Shown piece by piece: positions 27,318 through 33,958 of a stretch of 64,000 nucleotides of DNA. Positions within the stretch are counted from its first letter, which is position 1. Each line of letters opens with the position of its first letter. Source of the DNA: a virus; the IMG/VR virus record IMGVR_UViG_3300028801_000003. One strand, 5' to 3'. The notes under the pieces were generated by a model, which saw only the letters and a program-made list of their open reading frames with translations, searched no databases and was not told the origin of the DNA. Both the position numbers and the translations under genes were made by a program.

Positions 27318-27529
27318 GGCGCACGCTCCAGTTCGGCGCCGAAGGTACAGCGCCTGAATCCTCCCGTGCATGTGCCGCGCTCTTTCGCTGAATGTTGAGC
27401 GCCGATCTTCGTACGATGAAAATCGAGATACGTGTATATGGTATCGGGCATAAGAATACGTAGGCGGTGCGCGATCGTATCCTCGATGTAATACCGATAT
27501 GATCCGGTGCGGCACATATAGATTTTCAT
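27314..27529 (-). CDS. small paralog array member 10
   Basis: ORF track. The N-terminus is MKIYMCRTG and the C-terminus is FGAELERAP. ATGA overlaps on both sides. Confidence 0.6.
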   Translation of the reverse strand: MKIYMCRTGSYRYYIEDTIAHRLRILMPDTIYTYLDFHRTKIGAQHSAKERGTCTGGFRRCTFGAELERAP

Positions 27530-27717
27530 GCTATGCGCTCCAGCTCAAAGCTTCGCACGGTGTTCGATCCGATGAGGAACTCCAATCCGATCGCGTTAGT
27601 GGATGCAGCGTTGCTACAGATGCTGTGCGCGTGTTCAAAGAGAAAAGCCTGATCGGAAGGGACTATTCCAGTCATCCCTTTTCCCCATTGGCTATCAAGT
27701 ACGCAGAAGGCGATCAC
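27526..27717 (-). CDS. small paralog array member 9
   Basis: The GTG at 27717 overlaps the upstream TGA (GTGA). The protein reads IAFCVLDSQW ... VRSFELERIA. Confidence 0.55.
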   Translation of the reverse strand: MIAFCVLDSQWGKGMTGIVPSDQAFLFEHAHSICSNAASTNAIGLEFLIGSNTVRSFELERIA

Positions 27718-27920
27718 GGCGTACGCTCGATCAGGAATGCCGTCGCGGTTTGATGGGGTGGTCCGTAGTTTTGTGTGTTGTTGTATTCGCGGGCGGCCAC
27801 AATAGCTGTGTACGAGTCCCAGGCGATGCACTGGTAATTCCAGCTGAATAGCCAGTTGTTTAATGTTCTTTCTGTCCATTCGCTCACGGCAGGATGAGGT
27901 GCATAGACTTTAAATATCAT
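27714..27920 (-). CDS. small paralog array member 8
   Basis: The internal ATG overlaps the upstream TGA. The protein reads MIFKVYAPHP ... TAFLIERTP. Confidence 0.6.
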   Translation of the reverse strand: MIFKVYAPHPAVSEWTERTLNNWLFSWNYQCIAWDSYTAIVAAREYNNTQNYGPPHQTATAFLIERTP

Positions 27921-28114
27921 GTCACCCTCCGCACTATGCATTGATAGGGACGCCACGTTGTTTGCTGTACGTTGTATAGGTGCTGACAATCTATGGGGCT
28001 GCGCGCAAACGAACGCTGAACTAACGCGTTCATGGTCATGTAATAGATACGCGCTTGCGTTTGTTGTTCAGCATGTCCAAAGAGATCGTGGTGCCACATC
28101 ACATACACAGTCAC
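27917..28114 (-). CDS. small paralog array member 7
   Basis: The GTG at 28114 overlaps the upstream TGA. The protein reads TVYVMWHHDLFG ... SFARS ... WRPYQCIVRRVT. Confidence 0.7.
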   Translation of the reverse strand: MTVYVMWHHDLFGHAEQQTQARIYYMTMNALVQRSFARSPIDCQHLYNVQQTTWRPYQCIVRRVT

Positions 28115-28323
28115 TGCCGCACCAGTTTTATTTGCATCGTAGTGCGTGCGTCGAGAACCGCTTGTCGTGTTGTTTGCTCGCGGCGATACCAGAATTCGAC
28201 ACAAAGTTCCATCGTCTCTTCCGCACTTCGTCCGATGGTGTTTTCGAGTTCTTTGATTTCGGAGTTCAGTCCGAACAGCCTACTTTCGTAGTAATTTATA
28301 TGTCGTACGCAGAAATAGATCAT
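28111..28323 (-). CDS. small paralog array member 6
   Basis: The internal ATG overlaps the upstream TGA. The protein reads MIYFCVRHINYY ... TMQIKLVRQ. Confidence 0.6.
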   Translation of the reverse strand: MIYFCVRHINYYESRLFGLNSEIKELENTIGRSAEETMELCVEFWYRREQTTRQAVLDARTTMQIKLVRQ

Positions 28324-28559
28324 GGCGTCTCCCGCTCGATCAAAAGAGGTCGACCGACGAACTGTCTGCATGATCGAGTATCTGGGTTGTGTCTATTAAC
28401 TTTATCGCCCGAGGCAGCTAATAGCCGCATGAGTTCCATGCTATCGACAGGGTTACGTGCCAGTGTCGCGATGTTCCATTGACGCATGATCCAGTTTTCG
28501 ATGTATAGATCAGTCCATCCCTGCGTGCAGCTCTCATGAATAGCGGCGAAAATGATCAT
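28320..28559 (-). CDS. small paralog array member 5
   Basis: ORF track. The protein reads MIIFAAIHES ... GRPLLIERETP. ATGA overlaps on both sides. Confidence 0.6.
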   Translation of the reverse strand: MIIFAAIHESCTQGWTDLYIENWIMRQWNIATLARNPVDSMELMRLLAASGDKVNRHNPDTRSCRQFVGRPLLIERETP

Positions 28560-28759
28560 GGCACGCGTACCAGTTCAAAGCGACAGGGAACAAAAGTGCG
28601 GTTCGTGTAGCGCCCCGTGGGTCGCTGGAGTGCCGCTTCGCGCCCACAGCTCCGCGCGTCGCGCTGGATGGTAAGGCGTGTTTTTGGGTCGGCGAAATAG
28701 CTCATGGTGGGGCTACTTGTCAGATTATAGGGGGATATGCTCATTATCCAGATAATCAC
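28556..28759 (-). CDS. small paralog array member 4
   Basis: ORF track. The protein reads MIIWIMSISP ... VPCRFELVRVP. Confidence 0.6.
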   Translation of the reverse strand: MIIWIMSISPYNLTSSPTMSYFADPKTRLTIQRDARSCGREAALQRPTGRYTNRTFVPCRFELVRVP

Positions 28760-28965
28760 GTAACCCTCCTTATCTGTAAGCGATGCGGGCGCCAGCCGTT
28801 ACGTACAGCGCCAACGGTGATGGTGTGGTCGCACGCCGTTCGTTTGCGCGACAAGGTGTAGCGCTTCGATAGAAGCAGCGACTGTAAGTAACCCTCCGCG
28901 TCGATGATGTGATCAGGTACGTCGTGCGTCGAGCTAAGTTCTGGGCGCCAGGCGATGTAGATCAT
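28756..28965 (-). CDS. small paralog array member 3
   Basis: The internal ATG overlaps the upstream TGA. The protein reads MIYIAWRPELSS ... GWRPHRLQIRRVT. Confidence 0.7.
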   Translation of the reverse strand: MIYIAWRPELSSTHDVPDHIIDAEGYLQSLLLSKRYTLSRKRTACDHTITVGAVRNGWRPHRLQIRRVT

Positions 28966-29150
28966 ACGCGGGTCAACTGGACGCGTATGGGGCACCACGC
29001 GTTGAATTGCATGTTGAAGTACGTGCTAAACACTTCTTCAGCATGTCGAGCGAAGCTACTACGAATGACTTTGTCATTCATCCATGTATCGAGTATTTCA
29101 CTGTGTTTAAAGTTGATCAGGGATGGGTGCCAGCACATCCAGGCTACCAC
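28962..29150 (-). CDS. small paralog array member 2
   Basis: GTG at 29150, with a 7-nt overlap with member 1. The protein reads VAWMCWHPSLINF ... SFARH ... WCPIRVQLTRV. Confidence 0.65.
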   Translation of the reverse strand: MVAWMCWHPSLINFKHSEILDTWMNDKVIRSSFARHAEEVFSTYFNMQFNAWCPIRVQLTRV

Positions 29151-29338
29151 TGCCGCACCAGTTCGCACCGGTAGGCGTGCCATGATTGCGGCATGATTTT
29201 CGAGGGGGAGTACAACTGTTCGACGTGCTTCGCACTACGAGCGAAGTAATCACGTTTGGTGTGCAGGTTTGTGAGTTTTGCGCGGTCGTCGTAGACGTTA
29301 CCCATCAATGCTGGGTGCCAGATCATAAAACAGTTCAC
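29144..29338 (-). CDS. small paralog array member 1
   Basis: ORF track (GTG start). The protein reads NCFMIWHPALMG ... YFARS ... WHAYRCELVRQW. Confidence 0.7.
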   Translation of the reverse strand: MNCFMIWHPALMGNVYDDRAKLTNLHTKRDYFARSAKHVEQLYSPSKIMPQSWHAYRCELVRQW

Positions 29339-29339
29339 G

Positions 29340-29816
29340 TTAGCCCTCCAGCATGGTTTGATCGTTTTGGGGTTTAGGTACGGCGCGTTTACGGTTCAGG
29401 ATGGCGTCGAGCTGCGCGAAGGTCATGGGTGCGCTGTAGCTCGCAGCTAAGTCCTCGATGCGCTGTGCTATGTACAAGCGCGACGCATAGGTGCGTGGGA
29501 ACTTGAGCTTCATGGCGATACGCGTCAGTTGTGCGCTGGTGTAACGCTTCAGGATATTGACGGTCGTTACGCTATCGGGGGATTTGTCTACCATATGACT
29601 GACGTCGAATTTGTCGGCGTTATTTTGGTGGATGCGTTTGCTTAGTTCCATGCGTTCTTCGAGTGTCTTCAGATCCCAGTTCCAGTCGTTGGCCTTAGTG
29701 ACGATGGCTCGATCAGCTTCTTCGCGGGTCAGCTTCTGGTAGTCGATGCTAAGCGCCAGGCACAGGTGGCGACGCTGCGAAGAGCTAAGAGCTAGGACAT
29801 CTTTGGGTTTGATCAC
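29340..29816 (-). CDS. hypothetical protein (158 aa); first gene downstream of the AT-rich control island
   Basis: ORF track. GTG start with AAGGAAA upstream. Confidence 0.7.
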   Translation of the reverse strand: MIKPKDVLALSSSQRRHLCLALSIDYQKLTREEADRAIVTKANDWNWDLKTLEERMELSKRIHQNNADKFDVSHMVDKSPDSVTTVNILKRYTSAQLTRIAMKLKFPRTYASRLYIAQRIEDLAASYSAPMTFAQLDAILNRKRAVPKPQNDQTMLEG

Positions 29817-29943
29817 GGTTTGTGTTTCCTTGTGACAAGTCTTGAAGTGCGTCGTACTAGGAACGAAGGTCTTTGATGGTTTGTGGCATAAAAACCTCGA
29901 AAAAAGTTTTGAGACTTGTGTTAATTCACTTGGGGAAATGCAT

Positions 29944-29955
29944 GTAAACGTTTAC
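29944..29955. repeat. 12-bp perfect palindrome GTAAACGTTTAC
   Basis: Read directly. It lies in the AT-rich island. Confidence 0.6.
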
Positions 29956-30186
29956 GCCAGAGAGATACACAGTTAAGATTTTGTTAATTCTTTGGCTGGA
30001 TCGTCGATCTGGAAAAATGTAATGGCTATCTGATGCGGTTTGTAGGTGTTTTGGTTGTGCTTATCAGGATGTCGGAGACGTGTCAACTCTGTTCAGAATG
30101 TGTATACTATTTTCTAAGGAATCATATAGTTATAAAAAAAAGCTGTTCAGTTACAAAAATATCTTTTCCAAACTTTTTTGATTTCG

Positions 30187-30210
30187 GAGTATTGTTGTAC
30201 AACAATACTC
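30187..30210. promoter_or_regulatory. 24-bp perfect palindrome (candidate operator)
   Basis: GAGTATTGTTGTACAACAATACTC equals its own reverse complement. It starts immediately downstream of the candidate -10 element of the leftward promoter. Confidence 0.6.
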
Positions 30211-30240
30211 GATATAGGCAAGTTTGGAGCTAATTGTAAA
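30211..30240 (-). promoter_or_regulatory. candidate sigma70-type leftward promoter
   Basis: On the minus strand there is TTTACA (30240-30235), an 18-nt spacer and TATATC (30216-30211). A second TTTACA lies at 30250-30245. Confidence 0.4.
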
Positions 30241-30277
30241 AACATGTAAACTGTAATCTGATGCAAATCAGACACTT

Positions 30278-30307
30278 GAAATGTGAAATGTAAGTGAAAA
30301 TGTAAGG
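30278..30307. repeat. three tandem AAATGT(G/A)A units; related copies lie near 29935, 30015 and 30243
   Basis: The sequence gaaatgtg aaatgtaagtg aaaatgtaagg was read directly. It abuts the stop codon of gene 30309..30515. Confidence 0.55.
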
Positions 30308-30308
30308 A

Positions 30309-30515
30309 TTAAACTTTTGTTAAGGAAAACAGTCTATTCAGCTCCTGTTTATCTTGCCAAAGTTTCTCGTTTTGAGCGGCTAAAACGACGTTTGCGCGCT
30401 CCACGCTGTCGACTTTTAGCTTTAGCAGTTCGTTCTCAGTACGAAGTTCTTGGTTCTGTATACGCAATTGAGTCAGTGTCAGTTCTTTATTCTTCGATCC
30501 TGCTGGGCGCGTCAT
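30309..30515 (-). CDS. small coiled-coil protein (68 aa)
   Basis: ORF track. It has a heptad-like Leu/Gln/Glu pattern and sits alone between a terminator and the AT-rich island. Confidence 0.6.
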   Translation of the reverse strand: MTRPAGSKNKELTLTQLRIQNQELRTENELLKLKVDSVERANVVLAAQNEKLWQDKQELNRLFSLTKV

Positions 30516-30559
30516 ATTTAGTACCTCGCACTTTGCACTTCGCTCTAAGTTCGAGCTGC

Positions 30560-30591
30560 ATAAAAATACGCAGCGGCTTTCGCCGCTGCGT
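30560..30591 (-). terminator. rho-independent terminator (minus strand)
   Basis: On the minus strand the stem ACGCAGCGGC GAAA GCCGCTGCGT is followed by ATTTTTAT. Confidence 0.75.
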
Positions 30592-30607
30592 CGTCTTACA
30601 TCTCACG

Positions 30608-31444
30608 TTACTTTGAGACAGCTTTCTTCAACTTGGCGCGTGCCATTTCCTGAATCGCACGCAGACCCATCAGCTGTTTCTCCTGACGCTTGCGGCGACT
30701 TTCCTTGAAGCGCAGTTCCATCAAATCGAGACATTCCACCAGATCGTGAATCTGGCTGAACGATTCGTCCTTCTCCTGCACTACGGCGTACGGCATCATC
30801 TGCTCCGGTTCCCAGCCGTAAGCTTCAGTGATGAGCTGGAGGAAGATGTGCACTTCCTCCAGCGCTGCCAGCACGATCTCGTGGTCTTCCTGACCGCTGT
30901 AAGCCTGATCGTTGACGTCGTAGTCACCCAGCGGCTCCAGACCGTAGGGTGCACTACGATTCTCTTCGCGATAATCCACAAATGCTTCGAGATCGAAATC
31001 ACCTTTCAGGTCCAGTGCACGCCGATACGTCATGTTGCCGATGAAGTTCAGAGCCTTCTGAACCGCGTAGCACTCCTTATAGATCATATTGAGCGCAGCC
31101 TTGGGGTCATCACCCATGGCCTCCAGCGTGAAGTCGATGACCTTGGAGAGGTCGTGACCCGACGCTTCGAAGATGCCAGCCAGCGTCTCGGCGCTGTCAC
31201 GAGCCAGCGGGTCCTCCAGCCCTTTGCCCGTGTTCTCCGACACGTTGACCACGGCGCGATCCAGCAGCGCCTTGGCTACGTGCGTCAATCGAAAATCAGA
31301 CAGCTTGGTGGTAGCCGTTTCGGCCGAGGTCTCAGCCTCGACGAGCTCGGCCAGTTTATCGATCGGTGTGACGTCGACGGTATCCACGAGTTTGGCAGTG
31401 GCTTTGGGTGCGTTGTCGAGTGTCAGTGTGGTTTTGTCAGACAT
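30608..31444 (-). CDS. strongly acidic protein (278 aa), hypothetical
   Basis: This is the internal ATG (MSDKTTLTLDNAPK...) of track ORF 30608..31606, with GGAGAA upstream. It is Asp/Glu-rich throughout and is followed by its own terminator. Confidence 0.7.
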   Translation of the reverse strand: MSDKTTLTLDNAPKATAKLVDTVDVTPIDKLAELVEAETSAETATTKLSDFRLTHVAKALLDRAVVNVSENTGKGLEDPLARDSAETLAGIFEASGHDLSKVIDFTLEAMGDDPKAALNMIYKECYAVQKALNFIGNMTYRRALDLKGDFDLEAFVDYREENRSAPYGLEPLGDYDVNDQAYSGQEDHEIVLAALEEVHIFLQLITEAYGWEPEQMMPYAVVQEKDESFSQIHDLVECLDLMELRFKESRRKRQEKQLMGLRAIQEMARAKLKKAVSK

Positions 31445-31615
31445 GTTGTTCTCCAGTTTGATTGACGAGTTTGCATACGTGAAAACGCGGGTGATCGTGC
31501 GTCGTAAACCCAACCAAGTTGTTAGAACGCAGGGTGAAGCAACACCCCACGAGCGAGTATGCATAGAACTCAGTTCTTGGCTCATCGACCGATGAGTCGC
31601 TGCCACCAGCTGCGC

Positions 31616-31825
31616 TTAACGCGACGTGGTGGAATTCTCTTTGCAACAACTGCAGGTGGGGTCAGCCACTCGCGCATCGCAATCGCATCGCGTTGTTTGG
31701 CTCGCATAACCCAATACCCTGATCAGTTGAATGACAAGCGCCAGCACCAGGATGGGCCAGCACAGACACAGCACGTAATAGATGATGACCACGCTGATCA
31801 TCATCTTGGTCAGTAGCCAGATCAT
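31616..31825 (-). CDS. membrane protein (69 aa) with a Cys-rich tail
   Basis: The internal ATG overlaps the upstream TGA. The protein reads MIWLLTKMMISVVIIYYVLCLCWPILVLALVI ... CDCDARVADPTCSCC. Confidence 0.6.
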   Translation of the reverse strand: MIWLLTKMMISVVIIYYVLCLCWPILVLALVIQLIRVLGYASQTTRCDCDARVADPTCSCCKENSTTSR

Positions 31826-32118
31826 GACGTCGCCCTCGTCAGTCGCCCGGCGTAACGCTGCCAACCCTTACGGGTCAGCCGCTCATAACCGGCGAAGTGG
31901 GCGTAGCCACGCAGATAGATACTGAACAGTATCGCTGCGGCCTCTGCTTGCATCAGACCGTCAGTCGATGTTCCGATGAACATGCAGATGACGGTGCCGT
32001 GCAACACGACATCGACGCATCCTTTGTAACCGACCAGCCGACGCATCGTCGTACCCGACAGATGCGACAGCAACAGATAGAATGCAGTGAATGAAATCAG
32101 CGCGTCGATGAAGATCAT
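31822..32118 (-). CDS. membrane protein (98 aa)
   Basis: ORF track. It has several hydrophobic segments. ATGA overlap upstream. Confidence 0.65.
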   Translation of the reverse strand: MIFIDALISFTAFYLLLSHLSGTTMRRLVGYKGCVDVVLHGTVICMFIGTSTDGLMQAEAAAILFSIYLRGYAHFAGYERLTRKGWQRYAGRLTRATS

Positions 32119-32441
32119 GACTGCAGTCCTCCTGCAGACGTAGTCTGCGGATTGTTTGTTTGCTCCTTGTCCGCCGGAACATGCACCTTGTACTTGGTAC
32201 GACGTGCGGCGATCAGTTGATCCGTGCGCTCGGTGATCTCGCGCAGCTCATCGATCGGCGCACGTGCTACCTTGTGCGCGAGTGCTTCAGCATCAGCCAG
32301 CTGACGCGCTTGATACTCGATACGCACACCGCGCGCGATGTTACGCAGCAGCATGAACGTACCGATGACGCCATCTTCCATGTGCCACACGATGTTGGAT
32401 GGACGCACGTTGTTGATGAACTCACGCAGATTCTTTTTCAT
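32115..32441 (-). CDS. hypothetical protein (108 aa)
   Basis: ORF track. Confidence 0.65.
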   Translation of the reverse strand: MKKNLREFINNVRPSNIVWHMEDGVIGTFMLLRNIARGVRIEYQARQLADAEALAHKVARAPIDELREITERTDQLIAARRTKYKVHVPADKEQTNNPQTTSAGGLQS

Positions 32442-32604
32442 GATCGTTCTCCAGTAGTTGAGTAATTGATTTACGTATGTCGTCGACCGTCGGTTCAGGT
32501 CGAAAGTTGTTCAACTCTTCGATCAAGCGTTGGCGATCACACAACAACTGACTGACGTGGCTACGAAGACGAATGATCTCTGATGCCATGACGGACTTCA
32601 GCAT
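32422..32604 (-). CDS. hypothetical helical protein (60 aa)
   Basis: This is the internal ATG (MLKSVMASEIIRLRS...) of track ORF 32422..32754. The longer N-terminus overlaps other candidate ORFs. Confidence 0.45.
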   Translation of the reverse strand: MLKSVMASEIIRLRSHVSQLLCDRQRLIEELNNFRPEPTVDDIRKSITQLLENDHEKESA

Positions 32605-32663
32605 GAGCGAATCCTCTTGAGTATCCACAGCCAGATCGCCATCAACACGATGATGCCGATCAT
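32598..32663 (-). CDS. possible 21-aa transmembrane peptide
   Basis: Hand translation gives MIGIIVLMAIWLWILKRIRSC. Its ATG overlaps the TGA of 32660..32869 (ATGA). Confidence 0.3.
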   Translation of the reverse strand: MIGIIVLMAIWLWILKRIRSC

Positions 32664-32869
32664 GATTGCACCGTGTCGCGATACACACGTGCAGCAACAC
32701 GTAGTGCATTGACACGACGTACTGCAGCATCAGTGATGTGCTGTGATGCAACACCCAACTTCACTTTGTCAGTCATACGTGCAACGTATGGTTTAGCAAT
32801 GTTCATTGCAGTGAATGTGATTGCATCCATACCAAGACACACAGCAGCAGTAGCAATGATCATGATCAT
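32660..32869 (-). CDS. small protein with an N-terminal hydrophobic segment (69 aa); first leftward gene
   Basis: This is the internal ATG (MIMIIATAAVCLG...) of track ORF 32660..32905, with GGAG upstream. Its codon usage looks different from the rest of the genome, with many GCT/GCA/ACT/CGT/GTT codons. Confidence 0.55.
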   Translation of the reverse strand: MIMIIATAAVCLGMDAITFTAMNIAKPYVARMTDKVKLGVASQHITDAAVRRVNALRVAARVYRDTVQS

Positions 32870-32959
32870 CAACTCCGTAACCGTTCGACATTGAACACAG
32901 AACAACTGTCCTGCCTGAACGAAGTGAAGGCATGCCTACCCCCCGGGGATATGGAGTTC

Positions 32960-32985
32960 CTTTTGACATTGCTCAAAGTCAAAAG
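32960..32985. repeat. inverted repeat CTTTTGAC (10 nt) GTCAAAAG
   Basis: Read directly in the divergent intergenic region. Confidence 0.6.
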
Positions 32986-33074
32986 CGAACAGCATAGGCA
33001 TCGCTACGCTGGGTAAGGGTAGGGGGACCCACCCCGATACAAGATCGTTTTTCTGTAGAAATCGACTTGAGGCA

Positions 33075-33127
33075 CCTAGTTCTTCGCGCCTGGTACCTAG
33101 CACTTATATTTTTAGCTCCTAGCTCTT
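33075..33127. repeat. three CCTAGnnCTT direct repeats at 21-22 bp spacing
   Basis: cCTAGttCTT at 33076, cCTAGcaCTT at 33097 and cCTAGctCTT at 33119. Confidence 0.55.
33083..33110 (+). promoter_or_regulatory. candidate rightward promoter (weak -35, good -10)
   Basis: TTCGCG, a 16-nt spacer, then TATATT at 33105-33110. An inverted repeat follows at 33128-33147. Confidence 0.3.
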
Positions 33128-33147
33128 AGTACGAAGCTCTTCGTACT
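33128..33147. promoter_or_regulatory. inverted repeat AGTACGAAG CT CTTCGTACT (candidate operator)
   Basis: Read directly. The related half-site CGTACTTCG recurs at about 33162. Confidence 0.5.
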
Positions 33148-33209
33148 TTGAGCTTCGATCGTCGTACTTCGTTCGAGGTACCCCCGGGGTCTTTCATCCT
33201 GGAAAACGC

Positions 33210-33461
33210 ATGCTAAGCTGCCGCAACGAAGCTGCCAGCCAAAAAGCCATGGACCGACAGGATTTTTTGAACCCGCGCGTACATATTGGCTGGATCGCAG
33301 CGCTAACCATCGCCCTGCTCGGTAAGGGTATTGCCACTTATTTCGACGTCATCGACATACAGAAAACCCAAACAACGGACGAAGCCGCACAAACCCGTGC
33401 CATGGATAAAATGGAACGAGACATCGACCAACTGCGGAATCATCCATGCCAGAAAAACTGA
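33210..33461 (+). CDS. single-TM small protein (83 aa), holin candidate
   Basis: ORF track. It has one hydrophobic segment (IGWIAALTIALLG) and is the first gene of the lysis-proximal cluster. There is no motif support. Confidence 0.4.
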   Translation: MLSCRNEAASQKAMDRQDFLNPRVHIGWIAALTIALLGKGIATYFDVIDIQKTQTTDEAAQTRAMDKMERDIDQLRNHPCQKN

Positions 33462-33958
33462 CTTACGACGCCGAAACACAAAAGGTTTTTGACGACGAAG
33501 AGCAGATCATGCAGGTAGCGCATCGTGATATCGTCAAATATCCCCCCGTCGTGTATTTTCCTGCCGAACAGGCCGCACGGATGCTGCGAGATTACGAGAA
33601 ATTCCTGGAAAAGACCGCTGGTTTGACCCGCGCCGAGGTCGAAATCATGGTCTTTACGGACCTTCGTTCGACGATCGACGCACTACGCTCGACGCTGATC
33701 AATTTGCACCATATCGGGACCGTTCGCAGCGCCGTTTTACTGCATGTAGCCCTTTTTATGGGCGTCGAACCGCTGCGCAAGATGACGGAAATGTTCGACG
33801 CCCTGCGAAAATCGGACTACGATGCGGCCTACCGGCACTTGATGCTTAGCGCGTGGCCGGGGTTGGTGGGAGTTAACCCGCACGAACGGATGCGCGTGCT
33901 GAATCTGGCCGAACAGCTGCGCACGGGGAATCCAAACGCTCACGAGACGACAGTCTGA
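33446..33958 (+). CDS. lysozyme-fold C-lobe-like protein lacking the catalytic N-lobe
   Basis: ORF track. The segment RSAVLLHVALFMGVEPLRKMTEMFDALRKSDYDAAYRHLMLSAWPGLVGVNPHERMRVLNLAEQLRTG aligns by eye with T4 lysozyme [62 protein letters not shown]. No E-D-T catalytic segment is present. Confidence 0.6.
   Translation: MPEKLTYDAETQKVFDDEEQIMQVAHRDIVKYPPVVYFPAEQAARMLRDYEKFLEKTAGLTRAEVEIMVFTDLRSTIDALRSTLINLHHIGTVRSAVLLHVALFMGVEPLRKMTEMFDALRKSDYDAAYRHLMLSAWPGLVGVNPHERMRVLNLAEQLRTGNPNAHETTV

Noticed and set aside
24504-29338. Possible CRISPR-like or other non-coding repeat array, considered because of the regularly spaced similar junctions
   Set aside because: The unit lengths vary (about 185-285 nt). 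The repeated parts are only loosely similar and coincide with stop/start/RBS junctions of continuous ORFs. There is no constant repeat-spacer structure.
30033-30233. 66-aa plus-strand ORF in the AT-rich island
   Set aside because: It runs through the palindrome and promoter-like elements. It has no RBS, and its hydrophobic/Cys/Phe/Tyr-rich composition looks like AT-rich non-coding sequence.
32906-33209. N4-like hairpin promoters for a virion-packaged RNA polymerase, considered because of the giant virion ORF
   Set aside because: No RNA polymerase motifs are visible in the parts of the giant ORF inside the window. The gene order is not N4-like, and the hairpins have no conserved sequence I can tie to such promoters.
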